Assembly: GCA_017560985.1 (NCBI GenBank)
Contig: JAFZDX010000085.1
Location: forward strand, 30,857-94,856
Source of the DNA: Oscillospiraceae bacterium
GTDB lineage: Bacteria; Bacillota; Clostridia; Oscillospirales; Ruminococcaceae
Direction: 5' to 3'
DNA: 64,000 bases
The position numbers and the translations under genes are program-made. The notes under the pieces are model-generated. The model was not told where the DNA came from. It saw only the letters and a list, made by a program, of their open reading frames with translations, and did not search any database. Numbering within the stretch: the stretch's first letter is position 1; the number at the start of each line of letters is the position of its first letter. This document shows, piece by piece, positions 9,664-17,822 of the stretch.

Positions 9664-10767
9664 ATGAAATACGATTATTTGATAGTAGGTGCCGGTCTTT
9701 ATGGTGCAGTGTTTGCCCATCAGGCTGCAAAACAGGGAAAAAAATGTCTTGTTATTGATAAAAGGAACCATATCGCTGGTAATATTTATACTTACGAATG
9801 CGAAGGTATAAATGTTCACCAGTATGGGGCTCATATTTTCCATACAAACAACAAATCTGTATGGGAATATGTAAATCAGTTTGCAGAGTTTAACAGATAT
9901 ACCAACAGCCCTGTTGCAAATTATAAAGGCGAAATTTACAATATGCCTTTCAATATGAATACATTTAACAAGATGTGGGGTGTTATTACACCTGCGCAGG
10001 CAAAAGCAAAGATTGAACAGCAGAGGGCAGAAGCAGGCATCACAGAGCCAAAGAATCTGGAAGAGCAGGCAATCAGTCTTGTAGGTACAGATATCTATGA
10101 AAAATTGGTTAAAGGCTACACAGGCAAACAGTGGGGCAGACCTTGCACAGAACTGCCAGCATTTATCATCAAACGTCTGCCTGTAAGATTTACATACGAC
10201 AACAACTATTTCAACGCACTGTACCAGGGAATTCCAAATGGTGGTTACACACAGATGGTAGCCAATATGCTGGGCAATGTGGAAGTAAAGCTGGGTATTG
10301 ACTATCTTGAAAATAAAGCAGAGCTGGACCAACTGGCTGATAAAGTTGTATACACAGGCCCAGTTGATGCATACTTTGATTACAGACTTGGAGCATTACA
10401 GTATCGCAGTGTGCGTTTTGAAACAGAAGTACTGGATACAGACAACTTCCAGGGAAATGCTGTTGTAAATTACACAGACAGCGAAACCCCATACACCAGA
10501 ATTATAGAGCATAAACATTTTGAATTCGGCACACAGGAAAAAACTGTTATCAGCCGTGAATATTCTGCTGAATGGAAACCAGGTGATGAACCATATTACC
10601 CTGTAAATGACGATAAAAACTCTGCACTTTTTGCACAGTATAAAGAACTGGCAGACAAGGAAGAAAATGTTATTTTCGGCGGACGCCTTGGTGAATACAA
10701 ATATTATGATATGGACAAGGTTATCGAAGTAGCTCTTGCAGTTGCAGAAAAAGAACTGAATTTTTGA
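9664..10767 (+). CDS. glf: UDP-galactopyranose mutase
   Basis: MKYDYLIVGAGLYGAVFA FAD fold, plus HQYGAHIFHT and GRLGEYKYYDMD motifs. I prefer the ATG at 9664 over the upstream 9625 start. Confidence 0.9.
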   Translation: MKYDYLIVGAGLYGAVFAHQAAKQGKKCLVIDKRNHIAGNIYTYECEGINVHQYGAHIFHTNNKSVWEYVNQFAEFNRYTNSPVANYKGEIYNMPFNMNTFNKMWGVITPAQAKAKIEQQRAEAGITEPKNLEEQAISLVGTDIYEKLVKGYTGKQWGRPCTELPAFIIKRLPVRFTYDNNYFNALYQGIPNGGYTQMVANMLGNVEVKLGIDYLENKAELDQLADKVVYTGPVDAYFDYRLGALQYRSVRFETEVLDTDNFQGNAVVNYTDSETPYTRIIEHKHFEFGTQEKTVISREYSAEWKPGDEPYYPVNDDKNSALFAQYKELADKEENVIFGGRLGEYKYYDMDKVIEVALAVAEKELNF

Positions 10768-10779
10768 TAATACAATAAA

Positions 10780-10808
10780 TACCGGCATTTAATATGCTGG
10801 TATTTTTT
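10780..10808 (+). terminator. rho-independent terminator of glf
   Basis: taccggcat-ttaat-atgctggta stem followed by tttttt. Confidence 0.75.
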
Positions 10809-10874
10809 GTTTGATAAAAATGTGTTATAATGTCATATGCTAACAGTTTAATATTTTTAGGAAAGATCTGAAAA

Positions 10875-11603
10875 ATGAAAAACAGAATATATACCATAAA
10901 TGACTGGTGGGGTGGTCCACTTTGTGGAGTATGTGAATTTATAGGTGAAAAATATATTTATCAACGCCGATTCGATGAAGAATTGGATATGTATACCAAT
11001 GATTATTTTCTCACACCAATATATGATGAACAATTTGAAACTATAATAAATGACTGGCAAAACTGGCTGGAGTTATATAATTCCGGTCGAGAAAATGAAT
11101 ACATACGAACAGAATATAATAACATTAATGAAATTGCAGAAAATCAGTCGCTTTATCAATTCTGCGTGAAAACAGGAAAATTCATTCTTAATGACCACTT
11201 TAATTCCAATTTGGAAAACAGCTGGGTGGAATGGACTGATTCAGATTATACTTTCCCGGAAACTTTCACAGGAATAATCGCAGAGTTATACAACTGTTAT
11301 TATGAAGACTTTACATGGATGTTTATTTCAGACAACAAGATGTATTTTATTGATAAACTGAAAAAGAAAATAACTCCAGGACATGACTTGTATGGTATTG
11401 ATTTTCTTCCAGAGCTGAAAAATGATATGAATGATGATGTAATATACTCATGCCGTGAAAACGAGATAGAAATATTTTACCTTATACATCTTACATATTC
11501 CAATTATAATGATATAAACTTTCCACAGTATAAAAGAATAGGTGACTTGAAAGCATTAAAAGAATATCTTGAATCCACAATAGAAAGGGAATATCTGGAA
11601 TAA
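10875..11603 (+). CDS. hypothetical protein (W/Y/D/E-rich, immunity-like, AT-rich codons)
   Basis: 242-aa ORF with no catalytic motif recognised. Its composition differs from the flanking core genes. Confidence 0.5.
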   Translation: MKNRIYTINDWWGGPLCGVCEFIGEKYIYQRRFDEELDMYTNDYFLTPIYDEQFETIINDWQNWLELYNSGRENEYIRTEYNNINEIAENQSLYQFCVKTGKFILNDHFNSNLENSWVEWTDSDYTFPETFTGIIAELYNCYYEDFTWMFISDNKMYFIDKLKKKITPGHDLYGIDFLPELKNDMNDDVIYSCRENEIEIFYLIHLTYSNYNDINFPQYKRIGDLKALKEYLESTIEREYLE

Positions 11604-11705
11604 TATTTTTTTTACACATTTTTCGCTCTTGACAACAATTTTTAAATAAAGTAATATAATAACTCAGAGATATTTTGTCTTACAAATTTTGAAAGGCGGT
11701 GGACT

Positions 11706-12158
11706 ATGGGACAGACAATTACAGTAAATCGTGCCGCAAGACATGAATATTTTGTTCTGGAAACATATGAAGCCGGTATTGAACTTTACGGTACAGAGAT
11801 CAAATCTATCCGAAATGGTTCAGTAAACCTGAAAGAATCCTGGGCTGACATCCAGAATGGTGAAGTGTTCATCAATGGTATGCACATCAGTCCTTATGAA
11901 AAAGGCAATATCTTTAATAAAGATCCTTTCAGAGTGCGCAAATTGTTGTTGCATAAAAAAGAAATAAATAAACTGGCAGGTAAAATCAAACAGGAAGGTC
12001 TGACACTGATTCCGCTGTCACTTTATTTCAAAAAACAGTACGTGAAAGTTGAACTTGGTTTATGTAAAGGTAAAAAACTTTACGATAAACGTGATGCTAT
12101 TGCAAAGCGTGATGCAAAACGAGATATAGACCGCGCAATGAAAGAAAGAACAAGATAA
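11706..12158 (+). CDS. smpB: SsrA-binding protein
   Basis: [26 protein letters not shown], basic C-terminal tail, followed by the tmRNA gene. Confidence 0.95.
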   Translation: MGQTITVNRAARHEYFVLETYEAGIELYGTEIKSIRNGSVNLKESWADIQNGEVFINGMHISPYEKGNIFNKDPFRVRKLLLHKKEINKLAGKIKQEGLTLIPLSLYFKKQYVKVELGLCKGKKLYDKRDAIAKRDAKRDIDRAMKERTR

Positions 12159-12209
12159 CACTTCTTACCGTTACGATTAATCCAAAAACATTGTTACACA
12201 CCAATACAC

Positions 12210-12555
12210 GGGGGCGTATTGGATTTCGACGGGGAATTTGCAGCGAGAGCAGCGGGTAGTGGTGGGGCACCACTTAAAAAGCTTCACAAAAATAAACGCT
12301 AATCGTAACACATTAGTAGCTGCTTAATTAAGTAGCCGTCATGCCCGGTTTTCTATCGGCTGGGGTCATGGCGTCATGCAGATAGAGCACGTGAACAGGG
12401 CAAAGCTTTGAGTCCTGTCATGATTTTATGAAGCTACTGATGATACAGCCTGTTTGTCGGCTTGTATCAAAGGGAATGTTGTAGATAAACTACGCTCGTA
12501 GATACTGTCGTGAATTATTTTTCGGACACGGGTTCAACTCCCGTCGCCTCCACCA
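12210..12555 (+). ncRNA. ssrA: tmRNA (transfer-messenger RNA)
   Basis: The 5' GGGGGCGTATTGGATTTCGACGGGG pairs with the 3' GGTTCAACTCCCGTCGCCTCCACCA. The probable tag reading frame is gct aat cgt aac aca tta gta gct gct taa (ANRNTLVAA, 12298-12327). Confidence 0.9.
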
Positions 12556-12560
12556 TAATA

Positions 12561-12610
12561 AAATCCTTGTAAATCAGCTATTTTAGCGGAAATACAAGGA
12601 TTTTTATTTT
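12561..12610 (+). terminator. hairpin plus T-run after tmRNA
   Basis: aaatccttgta ... tacaaggattt stem (21-nt loop) followed by a T-run. Confidence 0.5.
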
Positions 12611-12653
12611 TATATTTTTAGGAAATAACTCACTTTATAACCCACTTTGTTTT

Positions 12654-12870
12654 TTAAACGGATTTTTCTTTGATAAGATTGAAGAAAATGGTGTTGAGTT
12701 CTTTCTGTGTTTTTTCGGATTCGCCTTTGATTTGATGGCCGTAAATACCAAATGTACCCATTGATTTGGACTCTTATAGACGGTCTGCTGGATATAATCA
12801 GGGGTATAAAAAACAACCTGGCAATTAAATTCACCCAGAGTGAAAAAGCTATGCTGGATGAGGCTGAAAG
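12654..12870 (-). pseudogene. tyrosine recombinase (phage-type integrase) 3' remnant, frameshifted
   Basis: One minus frame reads PFSLIQHSFFTLGEFNCQVVFYTPDYIQQ (HxLRHxxAT-like box). After a shift and a stop it reads SKSMGTFGIYGHQIKGESEKTQKELNTIF* (LGHSxxxTTxxIYGH-like catalytic-Tyr box). The N-terminal ~2/3 is missing. Confidence 0.45.
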
Positions 12871-13690
12871 GAATCTGGTTAATATGCTGAGGGCAGAGAG
12901 CAGAGCACAGAGTGAAGATAATGTCAGATTCAGTATTTCTGACCATATTATAGGTGCAAGTGGTAAGGATTATGGTAAAGGGGTTTACCTTGATTCTGCT
13001 CTTTTAGATGGACTATCTGAAACGGAACAGAAACAGATGGTTAGGGAAAGAGTAAAAGAATTAAGCGGACAAACTTTTACAGCATATGATAGCAACGGCA
13101 GTTCTTTAGATGTGAGAATTGCAAGAAAAAATGAAAAATTCCGTAATAAAGCTGGTAAACTTGTAACAGTTAACCACGATTTAGACAGTAAAAACACGAA
13201 TGACCCAATGAAAAGGCAGGCTGTTGTATTATCAGATGAACTTATAGAAAGTGCTTCGTTTAATAGAACAGAAAAGGCAAGATATCCCCACGATTGGTTA
13301 GATAATAATCGTTTAAATGACTGGGACACATGGACAGTATATTTACAGGAAAAAAACAACTCCGTATGGACAGCTGATTTTAAAATAGCTAATTCCAAAA
13401 ACGGAGATAAATATCTGTATGATATTGTAAATATAAAAATGGTAGACAGCGGCGGAAAATCACCAACTACATCTACCATTAATAATATACCACAAACTGG
13501 TACTAATAACAATGGTAAAAATGTGTCAGGCAGCGGTGGTATGTACAGTCAGCCTGTTATATCATACGACGGTGAAAGTGCAAAAAGCCGCGGCATACGC
13601 AAGAAGGCAGTAGACCAGCCAGCAAGAACAATACCCTTTAAATGCGCTAAAATAGCGGGTTTACAGGGTTTTTGTATTGAGGACACATAA
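12851..13690 (+). CDS. hypothetical protein, possibly a fragment of a phage/ICE polyvalent protein; start uncertain
   Basis: The ORF is open from 12752 but its first ~100 nt overlap the integrase remnant. The internal region (VRFSISD ... KIANSKNGDKYLYDIVNIK) resembles modules I recall from large polyvalent proteins of mobile elements. The RBS is weak. Confidence 0.35.
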   Translation: MLDEAERNLVNMLRAESRAQSEDNVRFSISDHIIGASGKDYGKGVYLDSALLDGLSETEQKQMVRERVKELSGQTFTAYDSNGSSLDVRIARKNEKFRNKAGKLVTVNHDLDSKNTNDPMKRQAVVLSDELIESASFNRTEKARYPHDWLDNNRLNDWDTWTVYLQEKNNSVWTADFKIANSKNGDKYLYDIVNIKMVDSGGKSPTTSTINNIPQTGTNNNGKNVSGSGGMYSQPVISYDGESAKSRGIRKKAVDQPARTIPFKCAKIAGLQGFCIEDT

Positions 13691-13822
13691 TCGAGTACCG
13701 TATTTTATTTTAGTGTGATTTTGAACTAAAAGGATAAAATATCGCCTGCAAAATTAACCTAAACAATTTTAATAAGAATGTCTATAAAAATAATACCCGG
13801 ATATTTATCACCAAAGACATTT

Positions 13823-13862
13823 TGCATACAGAAAATACACTGTATGCAGAGTGTTTTTTTGT
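13823..13862 (+). terminator. rho-independent terminator
   Basis: tgcataca/tgtatgca stem (alternative acact/agtgt) followed by ttttttt. Confidence 0.6.
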
Positions 13863-13941
13863 TTCCCGTGTATTTTCTGATAATAAAGCATATAATAGTT
13901 TTATAAAATATGAATAGATTGTAAATTATAATTTACAAAAC

Positions 13942-13970
13942 TTGACTAAATACTTTACCGGAGTTATAAT
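13942..13970 (+). promoter_or_regulatory. sigma-70-type promoter upstream of glmM
   Basis: TTGACT, exact 17-nt spacer, TATAAT. Confidence 0.7.
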
Positions 13971-14036
13971 TTTTATGATAAAATGCTATAAAAATGCAAC
14001 TTTCAGTTGCATAAAGTTCAAAGTATAGTTGATTGA

Positions 14037-14053
14037 ATATACATTGTGTATAT
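14037..14053. promoter_or_regulatory. perfect inverted repeat ATATACA-TTG-TGTATAT (candidate operator)
   Basis: Read directly. It overlaps the -35 (TATACA) of a second candidate promoter whose -10 TATAAT is at 14061-14066. Confidence 0.5.
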
Positions 14054-14106
14054 TGTATCATATAATGTAAGGTGATTCCTTGCAAATAACCTCTAAGGAG
14101 ATAATT

Positions 14107-15729
14107 ATGACTATAGGTGAAAAAATAACTCATCTGCGCAGCGCTGCAAATATGTCACAGGAAACACTGGCTGACAAACTTTCAGTTTCCAGACAGTCTG
14201 TTTCAAAATGGGAAATGGACCAGTCACTGCCACAGATAGACAAAGTTTTACAGCTGTGTGAAATGTTCAATATTTCCACAGACGAACTTCTTTATGATAA
14301 AATTACAATCAACCGCCAGAAAGATGGCGGCAAAAGAAAAAATAAATATTTTGGCACAGACGGCTTCCGTGGTGAAGCAAATATGAACCTGACATCAATG
14401 CAGGCTTACAAAGTTGGCCGTTTCCTGGGCTGGTATTTCTCATCACCACTGTCAGGTTGCAAAACAGCAGGTTACAGACCAAAAATCGTTATTGGTAAAG
14501 ACACACGCCGTTCAAGCTATATGCTGGAATATTCCATCGTTGCAGGTATCACTGCATCAGGTGCTGACGCATATATGCTGCACGTTACAACAACACCTTC
14601 CGTTTCATTTGTAACACGTCAGGACGAATTTGACTGCGGTATTATGATTACTGCATCACACAACCCATTCTATGACAATGGTATCAAAGTTATCAATAAA
14701 TATGGTGAAAAACTGGATGACGAAACAACGCTGCTTATCGAAGCATACCTTGATGGTGCTCTTGATGAACTGGGTGTAGCAGGTGAAGACCTGCCACTGG
14801 CACACAGAGAAAATATTGGCCAGATTGTTGACTATGTTTCCGGCCGTAACAGATATGTTGGCTATCTTATTTCCATCGCATCCCATTCATATAAAGACCT
14901 GCGTATTGGTCTTGACTGTGCTAACGGCGCTTCCTGGATGATTGCCAAAGCTGTATTTGATGCACTGGGCGCACATACTTATGTAGTAGGCAACCAGCCT
15001 AACGGCCTGAATATCAACCTGGGTGTAGGCTCCACACATATCGAAAACCTGCAGAAACTGGTAAAAGAACAGCATCTGGATGTAGGTTTCTCATTTGACG
15101 GTGATGCTGACAGATGTATTGCTGTTGATGAACACGGCAATATCGTTGATGGTGACGCAATGATGTACATCCTTGCACAGCGTCTTAAATCCCGTGGTGT
15201 TCTCAATGGTAATACAGTAGTTGCAACAATTATGTCCAACTCTGGTTTCGTTGCTTCACTGAAGAGAGCAGGTATTGACTGTGTACAGACAAAAGTAGGC
15301 GACAGATTTGTTTACGAATGTATGCAGAAAGAAAACTTTTCACTGGGCGGTGAACAGTCCGGTCATATCATTCTTAAAAAATATGCTACAACAGGTGACG
15401 GTCTGCTGACAGCACTTATGCTGGCTGAAGAAATGAGAGATAAAAAATCCACACTTGCACAGCTGGCAGAACCAGTTACACTTTTCCCACAGTATCTTAT
15501 CAACCTGAGAGTAAAAGATAAAAATGCTGTTATGGAAGATCAGGAAGTTCTGGCAGAAGTTGCAAAAGTTGAAGAAATCATCAACGGCAACGGTCGTGTG
15601 CTTCTTCGTCAGTCTGGTACAGAACCTGTTATCCGTGTTATGGTAGAGGCTGAAACAGACCAGTTGTGTAAAGAACACGCCCACAGAATCTATGACTTTA
15701 TCAAAGAAAGAGGCCATGGAAATGACTAA
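14107..15729 (+). CDS. glmM: phosphoglucosamine mutase with an N-terminal XRE-family HTH domain
   Basis: aa 1-65 form HTH_3 (IGEKITHLRSAANMSQETLADKLSVSRQSVSKWE). GlmM then begins at KYFGTDGFRGEAN, with TASHNPFYDNGIK, FDGDADR, GGEQSGH and RQSGTEPVIRVMVE. RBS aggag lies 7 nt before the ATG at 14107. Confidence 0.88.
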   Translation: MTIGEKITHLRSAANMSQETLADKLSVSRQSVSKWEMDQSLPQIDKVLQLCEMFNISTDELLYDKITINRQKDGGKRKNKYFGTDGFRGEANMNLTSMQAYKVGRFLGWYFSSPLSGCKTAGYRPKIVIGKDTRRSSYMLEYSIVAGITASGADAYMLHVTTTPSVSFVTRQDEFDCGIMITASHNPFYDNGIKVINKYGEKLDDETTLLIEAYLDGALDELGVAGEDLPLAHRENIGQIVDYVSGRNRYVGYLISIASHSYKDLRIGLDCANGASWMIAKAVFDALGAHTYVVGNQPNGLNINLGVGSTHIENLQKLVKEQHLDVGFSFDGDADRCIAVDEHGNIVDGDAMMYILAQRLKSRGVLNGNTVVATIMSNSGFVASLKRAGIDCVQTKVGDRFVYECMQKENFSLGGEQSGHIILKKYATTGDGLLTALMLAEEMRDKKSTLAQLAEPVTLFPQYLINLRVKDKNAVMEDQEVLAEVAKVEEIINGNGRVLLRQSGTEPVIRVMVEAETDQLCKEHAHRIYDFIKERGHGND

Positions 15730-16387
15730 ACTTGTAAAAACAGCTGACCTTTACGAATGTAATGTTCCTTATCTGAAAGATTTGTTCAGCGAAAGTGTTT
15801 ATCCTTGGGATATGCTGGGTAAAATCAAAGGCTTGTGTGCGAAACTCCTGGAAGAAGGAATAGAAGGATTTACAGAAATTGAAACAGGTATCCTTGTAGG
15901 CAGAGATGTTAAAATTGCACCTACTGCTACGATTATTCCTCCGGCAATTATTGGTCACGGCACAGAAATCCGCCCAGGTGCATATCTGCGTGGTAATGTA
16001 ATCACAGGGGAGAACTGTGTTCTTGGCAATTCATCAGAGTTTAAGAATTGTATCCTGCTGGATAAAGTACAGGCACCACATTATAACTATGTAGGTGACT
16101 CTGTCCTTGGTAACAAAGCACATATGGGTGCAGGTTCTATCTGTTCTAACCTTAAATCAGACGGCAAAGCTGTTGTGATTCATGGTGATGAAGATATAGA
16201 AACAGGTATCAGAAAAATCGGTGGTATCCTGGCAGATGGTGCAGACATCGGCTGTCAGTGTGTTATTAACCCAGGCACAGTAATCGGCAAACGTACATCA
16301 GTTTATCCTCTTACAGCACTGCGCGGTGTAATCCCAGCAGACTGCATTGTAAAATCAATGGATAAAATAGTTTTCAGAAAAGTTTAA
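15722..16387 (+). CDS. left-handed beta-helix (hexapeptide) acyltransferase, GlmU C-terminal-domain-like
   Basis: Hexapeptide repeats (IGHGTEIRPGAYLRGNVITGENCVLGNSSEFKNCIL...). It lacks a nucleotidyltransferase domain and overlaps the glmM stop. Confidence 0.7.
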   Translation: MTKLVKTADLYECNVPYLKDLFSESVYPWDMLGKIKGLCAKLLEEGIEGFTEIETGILVGRDVKIAPTATIIPPAIIGHGTEIRPGAYLRGNVITGENCVLGNSSEFKNCILLDKVQAPHYNYVGDSVLGNKAHMGAGSICSNLKSDGKAVVIHGDEDIETGIRKIGGILADGADIGCQCVINPGTVIGKRTSVYPLTALRGVIPADCIVKSMDKIVFRKV

Positions 16388-16404
16388 TTAATTGGAGATA
16401 TATT

Positions 16405-17115
16405 ATGAAATTTATTAAAGTTAAAACTTACGAAGAACTCAGCCATAAAGCTGCACTCCTTATTGCAGCACAGATGACAGTTAAACCAAATTCTGTTCTT
16501 GGCTTGGCAACAGGCTCAACACCAGTTGGAACATACAAAGAACTTATCAAAATGAACCAGGCAGGCGACATTGATTTTTCAACTGTTACTTCTGTAAACC
16601 TGGACGAATACGTTGGCCTTGATGGCACAAACGACCAGAGCTACCGTTACTTTATGAACGATAATCTGTTCAACCACGTAAATATCAGAAAAGATCACAC
16701 ATTTGTTCCAAATGGCTGTGCAGAAGACCTGAAAGCAGAAGGCGAAGCATATGATGCTATGATTAAGGAACTGGGTGGCATTGACATCCAGCTGCTGGGT
16801 ATCGGTCTTGATGGTCACATCGGTTTCAACGAACCAGATGAATTCTTTACAGGTGCAACACACGAAGTTGTTCTTGATGAATCCACAATCGAAGCAAATG
16901 CACGTTTCTTTGAAAAGAAAGAAGATGTACCAACAACAGCTATTACAATGGGTATGATGTCAATTATGCAGGCTAAAAAAGTTCTGCTGATTGCAAATGG
17001 CGCTAAAAAGAAAGAAATCGTAGAAAAATCTTTCTTTGGTCCAATTACTCCAAAAGTACCTGCATCTATTCTGCAGCTTCACCCAGATGTAACAGTTATT
17101 TTCGCAGAAGAATAA
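16405..17115 (+). CDS. nagB: glucosamine-6-phosphate deaminase
   Basis: LGLATGSTPVGTYKEL, NLDEYVGL, GIGLDGHIGFNEP motifs; 236 aa. Confidence 0.92.
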   Translation: MKFIKVKTYEELSHKAALLIAAQMTVKPNSVLGLATGSTPVGTYKELIKMNQAGDIDFSTVTSVNLDEYVGLDGTNDQSYRYFMNDNLFNHVNIRKDHTFVPNGCAEDLKAEGEAYDAMIKELGGIDIQLLGIGLDGHIGFNEPDEFFTGATHEVVLDESTIEANARFFEKKEDVPTTAITMGMMSIMQAKKVLLIANGAKKKEIVEKSFFGPITPKVPASILQLHPDVTVIFAEE

Positions 17116-17127
17116 TAAAATTAAATC

Positions 17128-17156
17128 AAAAAACGGTCAGAAATGACCGTTTTTTC
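17128..17156 (+). terminator. rho-independent terminator of the glmM-nagB operon
   Basis: aaacggtca-gaaa-tgaccgttt followed by ttttt. Confidence 0.85.
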
Positions 17157-17219
17157 TTGTTTTAAGTGTGTCAGGATAGTATAATTATAGTAAAGATTAA
17201 AATTAATGAGGAATAATGT

Positions 17220-17681
17220 ATGAAAAAGATGAGTTTTTTAGCAGCCGGTGCAATTTCTTCAGCTATTCTGTGCGGTTTGTGGACATATATTGCGGGGGCA
17301 ACAGGTCTTAGCATATGGGCAGGGTTTGCAGGCTGCACCACATATTTTGCCAGTGGTAAGCGTGGCATTCCAGCTATAATAAAATCTGTTTCAAATAATT
17401 TTGCCGGTGTTGCCTGCGGTATGTCAATTCTTGTTCTTGGCAATATGTTTCCTACATTTGGATACTATGGCATATGGAGTGGACTTCTTACATTGGTAAT
17501 GTGTATGTTGCCTAAATTCGAAAAATTCAACTGTTCCACAGGTATTTTTATCGGCTGTTTCACATCATTTGCATCAGGTGGTAACTGGCAGATGCTTTGC
17601 CCTTGTTTAATAATCGGTGCTTTCCTGGGGCTTGGTTGTGATTACCTTGGTGAATGGATATATAAATTCGCTACAAAATAA
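17220..17681 (+). CDS. DUF1097/YcdZ-like small membrane protein
   Basis: 153 aa with 4 TM segments. The GLSIWAGFAGCTTYFA and FIGCFTSFASGGNW segments resemble YcdZ as I recall it. Confidence 0.55.
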   Translation: MKKMSFLAAGAISSAILCGLWTYIAGATGLSIWAGFAGCTTYFASGKRGIPAIIKSVSNNFAGVACGMSILVLGNMFPTFGYYGIWSGLLTLVMCMLPKFEKFNCSTGIFIGCFTSFASGGNWQMLCPCLIIGAFLGLGCDYLGEWIYKFATK

Positions 17682-17753
17682 TAACTGATATATTTAATAG
17701 TTATAATTCAGACCTGACAACATTGTTGGGTTTGTTTTTATATATTAAAACAG

Positions 17754-17782
17754 TTGTAAATTGTCCAGACATAAAATATAAT
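17754..17782 (+). promoter_or_regulatory. sigma-70-type promoter of udp-cdd
   Basis: TTGTAA, 17 nt, TATAAT. Confidence 0.6.
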
Positions 17783-17822
17783 ATTCTTAAAAGAGATATA
17801 CTTTATTCAAGGAGAAAAGGTT

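Larger units (their letters stand above)
12561..13900. mobile_element. decayed remnant of an element integrated at the tmRNA 3' end
   Basis: An integrase 3' remnant abuts the tmRNA, followed by an orphan gene fragment and an orphan terminator. No second att repeat was identified, so the right boundary is approximate. Confidence 0.4.

Noticed and set aside
9466-10332. 288-aa minus-strand ORF antisense to glf
   Set aside because: It is a shadow ORF. The composition is Cys/Phe/Ile/Lys-rich with no motifs, and it lies opposite a strongly conserved UDP-galactopyranose mutase frame.
13742-13753. Possible attR copy of the tmRNA 3' end (tcgcctgcaaaa versus tcgcctccacca)
   Set aside because: Only 9 of 12 positions match and the flanks show no similarity, which is indistinguishable from chance by eye. 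A computed alignment is needed.
13971-14106. glmS-ribozyme-like or T-box element in the glmM leader
   Set aside because: I found no match to the conserved cores I know for either element. Only a 6-bp hairpin (tgcaac/gttgca) and the palindrome reported as a candidate operator are present.
17682-17753. Terminator after the DUF1097 gene (caaca-t-tgttg palindrome)
   Set aside because: The stem is only 5-6 bp with a 1-nt loop, which is sterically implausible. It is not reported as a terminator.
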